Part shown: positions 1-9,103 of the stretch, piece by piece
Position numbering within the stretch: position 1 is the first letter of the stretch
Layout of the letters: every line of letters starts with the position of its first letter
Source: a virus
Taxonomy: Duplodnaviria > Heunggongvirae > Uroviricota > Caudoviricetes
DNA: 64,000 nucleotides
Strand: one strand, 5' to 3'
IMG/VR virus record: IMGVR_UViG_3300029828_000006
Span: 1-64,000 of that record
Translations under genes and position numbers: made by a program
The notes under the pieces: generated by a model
The model's database searches: none
The model's input: only the letters and a program-made list of their open reading frames with translations
Told to the model about the DNA's origin: nothing

Positions 1-94
1 CCTTTCGGCGCGGAGATGCAACGATTAAGCCGGGTAATGGTATTGAGCAAGCAACTCACTGGATGCCGCTACCGGAACCGCCGCAGGAGGCGAA

Positions 95-355
95 ATGATG
101 GATGTAAAAGAGAAGGTTTTGCAGGTGATGCGTTCCCGGGCTGCCCTGCAAGATAAAGCTCTCGGCGGGGAATATCCATTCAGGATGGCAACCTGGAATT
201 TGCGGTTGGCAATGGAGAAGGAATTTCCTGATGAAGAATGGCGTTCGGCAGATTTGCGAAAAATCCTTATGGAGATTGCTAAAGACGGAACAGTATCTAA
301 AGATAACCATGCCAGCCGGATTGGTCAGGCGGTATGGAGACTGGAGGTGCGGTAA
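95..355 (+). CDS. hypothetical protein (86 aa)
   Basis: ATG with GGAGG-like RBS upstream; first of a same-strand run of small genes; no domain recognised. Confidence 0.4.
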   Translation: MMDVKEKVLQVMRSRAALQDKALGGEYPFRMATWNLRLAMEKEFPDEEWRSADLRKILMEIAKDGTVSKDNHASRIGQAVWRLEVR

Positions 356-636
356 TGGCTAACCTGCAACTTGCCGTCAAAGGTGAATACTTCGATGCCA
401 TGATTCGCGGAGATAAAACGGAAGAGTATCGCCTGTGTAATGACTACTGGAATAAGCGAATCATGTTCCGGGAATATGACCGCCTGATTATCACAAAGGG
501 ATATCCGAAGCGCGACGACTTCAGTCGCAGAATTGACGTCCCGTATAACGGATATGAAATAAAAACAATCACACATCCACACTTCGGTGATAAACCGGTA
601 AAGGTGTTCGCGATAAAAGTGAAGATTAATAGCTAA
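355..636 (+). CDS. ASCH/DUF3850-like (PUA-fold) protein, about 93 aa
   Basis: ATG at 355 with GGAGG RBS overlaps previous stop; motif KGEYFDAMIRGDKTEEYR resembles the N-terminal signature of ASCH-type phage proteins (recalled, not searched). Confidence 0.35.
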   Translation: MANLQLAVKGEYFDAMIRGDKTEEYRLCNDYWNKRIMFREYDRLIITKGYPKRDDFSRRIDVPYNGYEIKTITHPHFGDKPVKVFAIKVKINS

Positions 637-659
637 ATTTCAATTAACACGGAGTAATT

Positions 660-953
660 ATGTGGCGCGGTAATAATCATGGCGGAAGTCAGATGATACT
701 TACCGAATATACGTTCGACCACAAAACCAATAAATCACGTTCAGTATATTTGCTTCGGCACAATAGCCGCGTAAGAAATACCGTTCTGGAGCAAAATCTG
801 ACCGTTGAAATGGATAATTTGGGAAACTTCAAGCCAACAATATCGCTTGATGATTTTCCGTGTGGTTTAAGCGAAAGAGAAGCAATGCTGAAATTAGCAG
901 AATGGTTACAAAGATTGAGCATTGCTATTGAAGATAACTGGATTCAACCATAA
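660..953 (+). CDS. hypothetical protein (97 aa)
   Basis: ORF with GGAG RBS; no domain recognised. Confidence 0.4.
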   Translation: MWRGNNHGGSQMILTEYTFDHKTNKSRSVYLLRHNSRVRNTVLEQNLTVEMDNLGNFKPTISLDDFPCGLSEREAMLKLAEWLQRLSIAIEDNWIQP

Positions 954-977
954 TGAAAAACAGAAAGAAAGATTGCT

Positions 978-1187
978 ATGACAACATTTAGTAAATTCGC
1001 AGTAATTATGATTTTATTAATCCCTCTCACTGTTACAGCAGGGGAACAGCAACATTGCACAAAAGAGAATGAACACCCTTTCATCGTTATTCAATGCGAT
1101 GACGGAACGGTGACTGTGGTTAATGTAAGAAATGACCGTGTAGCTGTTTGCCGTAAAGGCGAACCATGCAAGGAAATAAAACTATGA
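978..1187 (+). CDS. small secreted protein (69 aa) with N-terminal signal peptide
   Basis: Hydrophobic N-terminus FAVIMILLIPLTVTA followed by Cys-containing mature part. Confidence 0.4.
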   Translation: MTTFSKFAVIMILLIPLTVTAGEQQHCTKENEHPFIVIQCDDGTVTVVNVRNDRVAVCRKGEPCKEIKL

Positions 1188-1324
1188 CAAGAATCACTAA
1201 AGAGCGTATTTCAGATATTATTTCCCGTATCGAAATGTATGGTCACGGTGCTGGATACACAGCAGATGAAGTATTGGAGCTTGCCAAAATAGCTTTAGCG
1301 CCTTGCAAGGAGGTAAAGCTATGA
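1184..1324 (+). CDS. small ORF (46 aa), translationally coupled
   Basis: ATGA overlap with upstream stop and CTATGA overlap with downstream start; below ORF-track size cut-off. Confidence 0.2.
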   Translation: MTRITKERISDIISRIEMYGHGAGYTADEVLELAKIALAPCKEVKL

Positions 1325-1932
1325 CACTGATTGACTTGTTAGTGAAGGAATTATCTAAGGGGCGTGGATGGCCTGATGGAAAAGATTTTTGCCATCTATC
1401 CATTACGATGCCAGGTAGTAGTCGCGCTACGGTTCTTTTTGGTACGCGCCATAAAAATTACCAATCATCAAAGAATTATTCCATTGATGGCATTATTTGT
1501 GATATCAGTGACCTTGATCGCAGTGCGTTTACATCGGTTGTCACTCGTGAACAGTATGAAGCAGCTCGCATAGCGTCTCAGAAAGTCAAGTCTGAAAGTA
1601 AGGCTTACAAGTTAGATTTTGAGCAATGGCTGGAGCAGCAACGCGGGGAAATCGATGTGGACTGCGGTTGTGTGTCTGCGGAAACATTCATGCACTGGTT
1701 GCGGGTAGCTTATGAGGCTGGGAACCATCCGGTTCTTCCGGATAGTTCCCAACAAGCGCCCAGGAAAAGCGTAAAAACCACTCTGGAAAGAGGCTATCTT
1801 GAGGCCGCATTAAAGATTAAGCCGGGCCATACGCTAGGCGTCATTGATGCCATGTTGGTTCATGAAATGGCTAAGGCTTTATTGCCGCTGGTGGCTGATA
1901 AACATGAGGCGGGCCATGCCAACGAAAGCTGA
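1321..1932 (+). CDS. hypothetical protein (about 203 aa)
   Basis: ATG at 1321 with GGAGG RBS (track start 1303 is in-frame upstream); no domain recognised. Confidence 0.45.
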   Translation: MTLIDLLVKELSKGRGWPDGKDFCHLSITMPGSSRATVLFGTRHKNYQSSKNYSIDGIICDISDLDRSAFTSVVTREQYEAARIASQKVKSESKAYKLDFEQWLEQQRGEIDVDCGCVSAETFMHWLRVAYEAGNHPVLPDSSQQAPRKSVKTTLERGYLEAALKIKPGHTLGVIDAMLVHEMAKALLPLVADKHEAGHANES

Positions 1933-2200
1933 GTTACAGGCTCGCGTAGAGATTCTTGAAAAAGAAAATGCGAGTCTAAAAGGAATGCTGGCGCGGGCGG
2001 AAAGGGAATTATCAGGCAAATTATTGCCAGAAGAGCTGCCACCAGCAGATATACCTGATCGAGTGTCCTGGTGGATGAAGTATTTCCGTGCACCGTGGGA
2101 GGCGTTTTGGTGCTACGACCATCGCAGATGGTGTGATGAGCTTGATAGCAGTTTCCCCTATTTTGCGGAAGGGAACTCTTGCCCTGAATGTAGGAGTTAA
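1916..2200 (+). CDS. small coiled-coil / Cys-rich protein (94 aa)
   Basis: ATG at 1916 with GAGG RBS; heptad-like N-terminus and C-terminal C..C...CPEC cluster. Confidence 0.35.
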   Translation: MPTKAELQARVEILEKENASLKGMLARAERELSGKLLPEELPPADIPDRVSWWMKYFRAPWEAFWCYDHRRWCDELDSSFPYFAEGNSCPECRS

Positions 2201-2430
2201 TGATGACCGGCGAGCTTTATTTTAAAATGTTTCTCGTTAGGAGTGCAGTCAAAATTTTTGGGCAATACAGGATCGAGAGGAATGCGATTAGGCATAGCCA
2301 ATTCCTTATTAACTGATTGGCAACGAGGTTACGCTGATCCGTTGGTGATGAATAGTAGCAAAGCGCACAAAATCATCTGCGGTGGTTGATGTACATAACG
2401 CGTTTGCACCAAAGGTGTCTCTTTAATGTA

Positions 2431-2450
2431 TACTGTATAAATGAACAGTA
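2431..2450. promoter_or_regulatory. LexA (SOS) box TACTGTATAAATGAACAGTA
   Basis: CTGT-N8-ACAG palindrome 20 bp upstream of the humD start. Confidence 0.55.
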
Positions 2451-2469
2451 TTATTGAGGTGAAAACGCT

Positions 2470-2859
2470 ATGGGCTTCCCTTCTCCTGCGGCGGATTATG
2501 TTGAAAGCCGAATTTCTCTTGATCAGCAGATAATTAGACATCCATCAGCAACCTACTTCATGCGGGCAGCTGATAGCCATCACCGTGAGGGAATATTGCA
2601 GGGTGCTTTGCTGGTGGTTGATTCTTCGCTTACTCCAGTTGATGGTTCGCTGCTTGTGTGCGCTATGGAGGGTGAATATCGCATAAAGAGATACAGGAAG
2701 TATCCGCGCCAGCACCTGGAGGATTTAAGCACCGGGAAGAAAGAGGCGTTACCAGTAGATGACGATGGTTACACGGGTAGTAATGCTGTTTTTGGTGTGA
2801 TCACTCATGTCATCAATGATGCCCGAAGTGGGGAATTTGATGATTGTCCGGTCATTTAA
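2470..2859 (+). CDS. humD: HumD, UmuD'-like translesion-synthesis accessory protein
   Basis: Translation aligns with UmuD core (GFPSPAADY, HPSATYF, VFGVITHVI); preceded by LexA box. Confidence 0.8.
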   Translation: MGFPSPAADYVESRISLDQQIIRHPSATYFMRAADSHHREGILQGALLVVDSSLTPVDGSLLVCAMEGEYRIKRYRKYPRQHLEDLSTGKKEALPVDDDGYTGSNAVFGVITHVINDARSGEFDDCPVI

Positions 2860-2931
2860 GCTGCAAAGTGCTGGTGCTTTATGCCTGTGAAGTTTATAAT
2901 TGTGTACACATAACGAGTACACGAGGTGTTT

Positions 2932-3153
2932 ATGCAATCCATTAACTTCCGTACCGCGCGCGGCAACCTTTCTGAAGTGCTCAACAATGTTGAAGCCGGG
3001 GAAGAGGTTGAAATCACCCGCAGAGGCCGTGAGTCAGCAGTAATTGTCAGCAAGGCTACTTTCGAAGCCTACAAAAAAGCGGCGCTGGATGCTGAATTTG
3101 CATCCCTGTTTGACACCCTGGACTCCACCAACAAGGAACTGGTTAACCGATAA
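2932..3153 (+). CDS. phd: Phd antitoxin
   Basis: 73 aa [34 protein letters not shown]... matches recalled P1 Phd; stop overlaps doc start (TAATG). Confidence 0.9.
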   Translation: MQSINFRTARGNLSEVLNNVEAGEEVEITRRGRESAVIVSKATFEAYKKAALDAEFASLFDTLDSTNKELVNR

Positions 3154-3533
3154 TGAGGCATATATCACCGGAAGAACTTATTGCGCTTCATGATGCGAAT
3201 ATAAACCGCTACGGCGGCCTGCCGGGAATGTCAGATCCGGGTAGGGCAGAGGCCATTATCGGGAGAGTTCAGGCCAGAGTTGCCTACGAAGAGATCACCG
3301 ACCTTTTCGAAGTCTCCGCCACCTACCTGGTGGCTACAGCGAGAGGGCATATATTCAATGATGCCAATAAGCGTACCGCGCTAAACAGTGCGCTGTTATT
3401 TCTACGCCGTAACGGGGTGCAGGTATTTGATTCACCTGAACTGGCAGACCTTACCGTAGGGGCTGCGACCGGAGAGATATCTGTATCTTCTGTCGCCGAC
3501 ACGTTACGTAGATTGTATGGTTCCGCGGAGTAG
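3153..3533 (+). CDS. doc: Doc toxin (Fic-fold kinase)
   Basis: 126 aa product matches recalled P1 Doc; coupled to phd. Confidence 0.9.
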   Translation: MRHISPEELIALHDANINRYGGLPGMSDPGRAEAIIGRVQARVAYEEITDLFEVSATYLVATARGHIFNDANKRTALNSALLFLRRNGVQVFDSPELADLTVGAATGEISVSSVADTLRRLYGSAE

Positions 3534-3537
3534 ATTA

Positions 3538-3735
3538 ATGGCACGTAGATACAACAAATTGTCCCGTGAAGCGTTAAAGATGCTTCTTGATGGCGTGAGT
3601 CGCCGCGAGGTAAAGCAATACCTGATTGGTAAGCAAATTGGCGCCAGGACCGCTATTGCTGTGTTATGCCGTCAGGAAATGGTTGTGCTTAAACAGAGAA
3701 TGCTTGGTAGCAGACAAAGTGCTTCCAGTATTTGA
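3538..3735 (+). CDS. small basic protein (65 aa), possible DNA-binding
   Basis: ATG just after doc stop; followed by terminator at 3739-3769. Confidence 0.3.
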   Translation: MARRYNKLSREALKMLLDGVSRREVKQYLIGKQIGARTAIAVLCRQEMVVLKQRMLGSRQSASSI

Positions 3736-3738
3736 AAA

Positions 3739-3769
3739 GAAGCCCGCCATACCAAGCGGGCTTTTTGTT
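3739..3769. terminator. bidirectional rho-independent terminator
   Basis: AAGCCCGC-loop-GCGGGCTT stem with T-run; separates convergent doc cluster and 3768..4544. Confidence 0.6.
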
Positions 3770-4544
3770 ATTTCACCTCTTCTGCCGCTGTATCATTGGA
3801 CTGTTCTTCTTTGGCCCGTTCTGCAATCGCCGCACGGCATTTCGCCCTGGCTATAGCGATTGCTTCAGCTCGCACATCGTCTGGAATCGTTGACGTGATA
3901 TACATATCCAGTTCTTCGGCACGGAATACTGTTTGGTCCAGATATTCGCGTAGCATCCAGGTAAATTCGAAATCACACGCGATAATCTCTGCGCTACCTT
4001 CTGCACCATTTGGGAAATGAATAAATGCCTGTTTAGCCAAACCGATAACACGACATGCGGTTGCCAAAACAGCGACAACCAGGTTTACATTTTCACACGC
4101 TACGGGCTGATTAACGCCGGAGATTACTCCATTTAACTGTCGGTTATATGGAAGGTAGTTTGAGATGCGTTCTACGCGCCATGTGCCAGTCAGGCTGCCA
4201 TTTTTAAAGATAATTGGTGTAACGGATAGCCCAAGCTCGCGTATAAGTCGTTGCGCTATAGCAGGATCATTAAACAGGTCTAATGCTACACATTCGAAAG
4301 ACTGCGCAAGGGCAAACAGTTCTTCCAGAGAGTAGTCTTTGCCCCTGGCGGTGATGTAACGACGAACGCCGCTGTCCGCATCACTCCATATAGCTACGCC
4401 ATGCTCTTCATTCAGTTCTTCATTAAAGCCGAGATACGTCATGATAGTGCGTTCAATCGTGTCAAACGGCAGTGACATGTCGGCGTTAACATCCACCAGC
4501 AGACCATTACGCAAGCGGTATTGAATTGCTTTAGTATTTTCCAC
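3768..4544 (-). CDS. hypothetical protein (258 aa)
   Basis: Last gene of operon downstream of cre; no domain recognised. Confidence 0.5.
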   Translation of the reverse strand: MENTKAIQYRLRNGLLVDVNADMSLPFDTIERTIMTYLGFNEELNEEHGVAIWSDADSGVRRYITARGKDYSLEELFALAQSFECVALDLFNDPAIAQRLIRELGLSVTPIIFKNGSLTGTWRVERISNYLPYNRQLNGVISGVNQPVACENVNLVVAVLATACRVIGLAKQAFIHFPNGAEGSAEIIACDFEFTWMLREYLDQTVFRAEELDMYITSTIPDDVRAEAIAIARAKCRAAIAERAKEEQSNDTAAEEVK

Positions 4545-4550
4545 GTTAAA

Positions 4551-5213
4551 TCACTCCACTACAAACCAGTCACATGCCAGTAAGTCGCCTACAGAAGGAA
4601 CCCACGGAACAACTACACCTTGTGCATTTTTTAAGGCGAAATAAGCACCATACGGAACGAGGTCGCCGGGGAAATATCCCTTAATGGCTTCCATTCGTGC
4701 CGGGTACTGTCCTTCAGGAACCAGCCAGCAGAATTGGTTTTCACCGTTCCACCCGCGTCGAGCAACTTTCTTTCCTTCCTTCAGCCACATCAGCGCGTCA
4801 GAAAAGTCGGCTGCTTCAAGGTCGATTTCTTCTTGCTGGGTGGTGATGCCACCAGCAGAAATAGTTACGCTTCCGGAAATATTAATGTTCACGCCGTTGT
4901 CATCCGTAATGATGACCGTGGTCCCATTTTCGGAGGTGTCGTTAACCCGGCTATAGCATTTTTCAAATGCTTTCTCTGGCACATAGACCGGATAGCCATT
5001 TTCAGCAGTGACGAGATATCCTCCTATTTGCGGTCGGAATCTTTCCAAGAACACACCATCAACACGAAGCGTCATTCCTTTTGGCTCAACGACTTCGATA
5101 CTGCCCAAAATGGGCGCATCAGTTTCGCCGACAATAACAATATCTTTGATTTTCGATGCCCGAATGATGCTGTGGCTTTTGTATTTGGGGAACACCTGAA
5201 AAGTGCTAGCCAT
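4551..5213 (-). CDS. two-domain protein with C-terminal DUF2829 (Tad2-like) domain
   Basis: C-terminal FSDALMWLKEGKKVARRGWNG...VVPWVPSVGDLLACDWFVVE matches recalled DUF2829 signature. Confidence 0.5.
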   Translation of the reverse strand: MASTFQVFPKYKSHSIIRASKIKDIVIVGETDAPILGSIEVVEPKGMTLRVDGVFLERFRPQIGGYLVTAENGYPVYVPEKAFEKCYSRVNDTSENGTTVIITDDNGVNINISGSVTISAGGITTQQEEIDLEAADFSDALMWLKEGKKVARRGWNGENQFCWLVPEGQYPARMEAIKGYFPGDLVPYGAYFALKNAQGVVVPWVPSVGDLLACDWFVVE

Positions 5214-5227
5214 AATCTTTCCTCTAC

Positions 5228-5722
5228 TTAAAACTTTTCGTACTGAAGCGGTGTACGCTTGATTTCAACGCGGTCTTCCGATGTACTACCAAAGCCACCA
5301 GCACCTCGCTCTGTTTCATCGAGTTCATCAACTTCTACCAGCGATACCGGTTCAACACGCTCAAAAATGCCTTGCATGACAGCCATTCCAGGCTTGAGGC
5401 AAATGCCTTCCCCGCCGGGATCAGCAATCAGTTTTGCCATGATTTCACCGCGATAATCGGAGTCGATAATTCCTACGCAGTTAGCCAGGCGAGTATGTTT
5501 TTTGCAGCCCAATCCGGATCGTGGATAGAGTTTCAGACACCAGCCGGGCGGGATCTCCATAGCCAGTCCGGTATACACCCACCAGCTTGAGGAAATTGCA
5601 CCATTGCTATCGACGCATGGTTTTATTTCAACAGCCTCAAAATCCATCGCCGCCGATCCGGAGGTGGCATAAGCTGGAAGTTTTGCTGCCGGATGTAGGC
5701 GTTTCACTTTTACGTAAATCAT
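5228..5722 (-). CDS. dut: dUTPase (trimeric Dut family)
   Basis: Five Dut motifs visible: ATSGSAAMD, YPRSGLG, GIIDSDYRGE, MQGIFE, RGAGGFGSTS. Confidence 0.75.
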   Translation of the reverse strand: MIYVKVKRLHPAAKLPAYATSGSAAMDFEAVEIKPCVDSNGAISSSWWVYTGLAMEIPPGWCLKLYPRSGLGCKKHTRLANCVGIIDSDYRGEIMAKLIADPGGEGICLKPGMAVMQGIFERVEPVSLVEVDELDETERGAGGFGSTSEDRVEIKRTPLQYEKF

Positions 5723-6195
5723 TGTTTTTTAGCTCTCTGCGTGAAGGTGTAAACCCGACGTTTGATATGTGGAACGGTAGGAACAGGAAGACAGGAACTT
5801 TCAATAACCCCTTGCTCCTCCAGCGATCGCACCGCCCGCAAGAACTGCGACGTGTCGCCGCCAAACTGGCGGGCATAGGTGCTGCCGTTAAGAAGTATTT
5901 GAGCTATTACCCGAGCTTTTGTCTGGCTGTCACGATATGCGAATAGCCGCACGGCCTCTTCTGGCGCAATCGCTAACTGATAGCCTTTCCCGGCACGGTG
6001 TCGAATGAATCCATGCGCCAGTAGGTTTTTGAGTTCGTTACGAGTGCGAACAGATCCGTAATCCAGGAAGTGTGGATTGATAACGACTGGCTTAAACCAT
6101 TCCGTAGGTGCTTTAGATAATAGAGCTAACAGCTTCCCGGATAATTCTGGATAGGAAGACGGGTAACAATTCAGAGATGGGTAATAAGTTTTCAC
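5719..6195 (-). CDS. hypothetical protein (158 aa), possible winged-helix
   Basis: Overlaps neighbours by 4 bp (coupled); no firm domain. Confidence 0.45.
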   Translation of the reverse strand: MKTYYPSLNCYPSSYPELSGKLLALLSKAPTEWFKPVVINPHFLDYGSVRTRNELKNLLAHGFIRHRAGKGYQLAIAPEEAVRLFAYRDSQTKARVIAQILLNGSTYARQFGGDTSQFLRAVRSLEEQGVIESSCLPVPTVPHIKRRVYTFTQRAKKQ

Positions 6196-6536
6196 CGACG
6201 CCCCCTTGCAGGATATCGACCTGCATTAGTATCCGGTGCAATAAAGCCGGTAGTGGGGCGAGTGAAAGCGAGATTAATCTTCTCGACCATAGTGCGATAA
6301 TTTTCCTGATAGTGGGCCAGGAGTTTTTCGGCGGCAATGATGGTTACTTTCCGGACGTAGCTTTCTGCTTCCTCCAGATTTCGCCAGTTTTTTTCGAGGG
6401 TAAACACAGGGACGGCCTCAAGCCCGGTCATGATGCCGAACACAACGACAGCATGACTGTTCTTAACACCAGCGGCGAAGGTTACGGTGTAACCATCCAC
6501 CTTGAAGCGTCTTGATTCCGTGATTTGACTCTGCAA
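6192..6536 (-). CDS. hypothetical protein (114 aa)
   Basis: First gene downstream of cre; operator-like motif about 60 nt upstream. Confidence 0.45.
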   Translation of the reverse strand: MQSQITESRRFKVDGYTVTFAAGVKNSHAVVVFGIMTGLEAVPVFTLEKNWRNLEEAESYVRKVTIIAAEKLLAHYQENYRTMVEKINLAFTRPTTGFIAPDTNAGRYPARGRR

Positions 6537-6592
6537 AGCACCCTCCTAAATAGGCGAGGGTACTTTACAGCAAAGACGTTAATCTAAAAAGA

Positions 6593-6608
6593 TGTGTTAG
6601 AAATTTAA
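6593..6608 (+). promoter_or_regulatory. conserved 16-bp motif TGTGTTAGAAATTTAA (candidate operator)
   Basis: Family consensus T(A/G)TGTTAGAAA(A/T)(C/T)TAA; at cre 3' end upstream of 6192..6536. Confidence 0.4.
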
Positions 6609-6609
6609 T

Positions 6610-7638
6610 TTACGAATCCATCAGGCGGCTATTAGCCCCCACAGACACGCCGCCACGGCGAAGATACCGCATAAGTGTTTCCGGTTTCTTCCAGGTTCCT
6701 TCCTGCATGATCTCCACCATAGACACCTGCTTTTCAGCCATATCAATAGCGGCCCCGACGCGTGCACTATGCCCGGTCCACGTCCGGTATCTTCCTTTGT
6801 TTGGCGTAGCATCTCTTTTATTCAGCAACACCCAGGCGTCGCTGAATATTTTCTCCATTGCAGGTGCAGTAAGGGGCGTTATCGTGATCCTGGCCTTATT
6901 GCTACGGTGTATCGGCGGGAACAGCACTGCGTCAGGATGTTCGCGAAGCCCGGAAACATCCAGCCAGTCATTCAGCACAGCGGTAGTGCGACGGGAAAGC
7001 ACCTTATCAAGCCCGGCGGCGGTCGTTATTGTCTTCGTGTGTGAAATATGTAGCGTGACAGTGTCACCTGTTTGGTCCAGATCTCCTACACGAATACGCG
7101 AGATTTCCGACATACGCATCAGCGTATTGTATGCAACAAAGAGAAAAGCCCGGTTGCGCAGGTCCACCAGCCGTTCTGACCTGGACAACAGGACGTCGAG
7201 CAGTTTCAGATCGTCCCACCGCAGCGGTATAGCCTGGCCTGTTCGTTCGCCTTTTTCCGTTGCCGCTTCACGCCGGATGCGCCGCATAGCCAGAGAAACA
7301 CTTTTATCATCCGAAAGTGGCGGAAGGCCACAATGCGAAAGCAGCATGTTAAGCATGGCGTAGTGCTTATCAATGGTGGTCGAAGCCAGATCAGCATCAT
7401 GCAGCTGAAGAAAATACTCGCGGGCCATCTCTGGTGAGATCGGGAACCAGGCGAGCTGGCGAGCGTGACACCATCTCGCCCAGGAGTGAAACACTAACCG
7501 GAGATCGCGCAAAGTATTCGGCGCATAAGCCCCCTGGTCATTCATGAACCGCATAAAGTTTTCTGCGGCCTCCTGGTACTCTTTGCCAATGTTGCGCAGA
7601 AAACCACCGGAGCTGCCAGAGATAATTAATTCACTCAT
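6610..7638 (-). CDS. cre: Cre-like tyrosine site-specific recombinase
   Basis: 342 aa; aligns with Cre along its length (RRIRRE, AYNTLMRMSEISRIRVGD, TGHSARVGAAIDMA, EIMQEGTW...Y); diverged from P1 Cre. Confidence 0.85.
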   Translation of the reverse strand: MSELIISGSSGGFLRNIGKEYQEAAENFMRFMNDQGAYAPNTLRDLRLVFHSWARWCHARQLAWFPISPEMAREYFLQLHDADLASTTIDKHYAMLNMLLSHCGLPPLSDDKSVSLAMRRIRREAATEKGERTGQAIPLRWDDLKLLDVLLSRSERLVDLRNRAFLFVAYNTLMRMSEISRIRVGDLDQTGDTVTLHISHTKTITTAAGLDKVLSRRTTAVLNDWLDVSGLREHPDAVLFPPIHRSNKARITITPLTAPAMEKIFSDAWVLLNKRDATPNKGRYRTWTGHSARVGAAIDMAEKQVSMVEIMQEGTWKKPETLMRYLRRGGVSVGANSRLMDS

Positions 7639-7789
7639 GAAACTATTTCACCTCTATATACAGATGACGCTACGCGAAAAATATAAAAATGACAGGGTAG
7701 CTATAAGTTAATTTTCAAAATACAACCCTTTGATTCGATGCACGTATTTTCAGTGATGTCAACACTGTTCATCTACACATGATTATAGC

Positions 7790-7823
7790 CTAACTTTAAA
7801 TAATGCCAATTATTTAAAGTTAT
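7790..7823. other. lox-like site (13-bp inverted arms, 8-bp spacer)
   Basis: CTAACTTTAAATA-ATGCCAAT-TATTTAAAGTTAT; arms share ATAACTT with loxP; 150 bp upstream of cre start. Confidence 0.6.
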
Positions 7824-8002
7824 AAAATGCCGATTTTTTTTAATCCATCATAGATTGATGATGACCAGTAACACGTTGCCTTCATGGTCTTTAATTTGCG
7901 AAGTGTGGTTTCTACGGTTGGTTTTCTAAAATTGATGACAAAAAATCACAGTTCGATCCTTTACTCACTCTGTTATTCGACATAAATTTGTCATAGTAAT
8001 TT

Positions 8003-8018
8003 TATGTTAGAAAACTAA
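8003..8018 (+). promoter_or_regulatory. conserved motif TATGTTAGAAAACTAA
   Basis: 14 nt upstream of the c1-position ORF start. Confidence 0.45.
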
Positions 8019-8032
8019 ATCGAGTAGGAATA

Positions 8033-9070
8033 ATGAGTAAGAAGTCGATCGAGAAAGAGTACAAACGGTTCCTGCAAACCGCTGAACGGTGGAAAGAGCT
8101 GGTGGTCGCAAACTCTGTTTTCCATGATACCAGTTATGCTGGCGAGGAATTCCGCCATGTTGCATTAACGCATGACCAAAACATATTAGAAGAAGCTGAA
8201 AAATGTCTTGCTGAATGGAAAGCCTTCGTTGACATGTGCCGCGATGCCGACGGCAAAGCGTCGAACATTGTTGAGTCTGTATATTCTCCGATCCCATTCA
8301 TCATTGAGGACACCAATCAAAGCACGCATGTCGTTGTGCAAAGCGCTACAACAACACGTACATTTACACGTGAACAATTGCTAAAAAAATACGACAAAAT
8401 CATAAAGAAAAGCCTTAAAAATAGGGTTTTTTCTCAAATCGTAGGTGATCTTGAAGAAGAACAGCGCTTCTTTGAAGCTGAGCCTGAAGGCGAGATCTAC
8501 CGGGCGCGTAAAGAGGCATATACAGATGTTGTGCTGACAACAAACATCGAAGGCAGCAATGCCCTTTCTCGCTTTAGAGTTGGCGCACATGGTGCATTGG
8601 TTTTCGCAAGACTACCGAAGACAACGATCCCCGTTGTCAATAATGTTGGTGAACGCCGGAGCATTACAATTTATTCTGGCGTCGAATCGGTACCTTGCAG
8701 CCTTCTCGGCGATTTTAACTTATATCGTGTTCGTGACCTGGAAAAACACCAGCCAAGCTATGTTGCGAAGTCGTACATCTTAAGGAACATCGATATTCGC
8801 AATGAAAGCCTTAAGCAGAAATCCGCTAAGATGCTGGAGGATGCCGATCCGGCTATTCGCCATATCATTGAGCGTAAGATACGTACATCACGTGAAGCAA
8901 TGGCAAGGCTGGATAAAATGGATCTGGAATTGTTAGACGTAATGATGGCCTCTGGAGACGACCTGACCGGCATTAAACTGAATGAAGCTCGTAAAAAATA
9001 CGGCAAAGCAATCGAAGAACGTTACGGATACACATTCCCCCAAACGCAGTACGCCGCGAAGCTCTGGTAA
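8033..9070 (+). CDS. hypothetical protein (345 aa) at the c1 position; candidate immunity repressor
   Basis: Convergent with pacB between pacB and lox as c1 is in P1; operator-like motif 14 nt upstream; function positional only. Confidence 0.35.
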   Translation: MSKKSIEKEYKRFLQTAERWKELVVANSVFHDTSYAGEEFRHVALTHDQNILEEAEKCLAEWKAFVDMCRDADGKASNIVESVYSPIPFIIEDTNQSTHVVVQSATTTRTFTREQLLKKYDKIIKKSLKNRVFSQIVGDLEEEQRFFEAEPEGEIYRARKEAYTDVVLTTNIEGSNALSRFRVGAHGALVFARLPKTTIPVVNNVGERRSITIYSGVESVPCSLLGDFNLYRVRDLEKHQPSYVAKSYILRNIDIRNESLKQKSAKMLEDADPAIRHIIERKIRTSREAMARLDKMDLELLDVMMASGDDLTGIKLNEARKKYGKAIEERYGYTFPQTQYAAKLW

Positions 9071-9077
9071 TCACAAC

Positions 9078-9103
9078 CGGCCCCGCATCGCGGGGCTTTA
9101 TAT
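9078..9103. terminator. rho-independent terminator
   Basis: GCCCCGC-ATC-GCGGGGC stem plus T-run between convergent genes. Confidence 0.6.

Noticed and set aside
6707-7363. 218-aa ORF antisense to cre
   Set aside because: Fully contained in the opposite strand of the recombinase gene; no RBS.
8033-9070. Reading the 345-aa ORF as a Coi-C1 fusion
   Set aside because: The length match may be coincidental and a covalent fusion of repressor and its inactivator is biologically unlikely; kept only as a question in findings.
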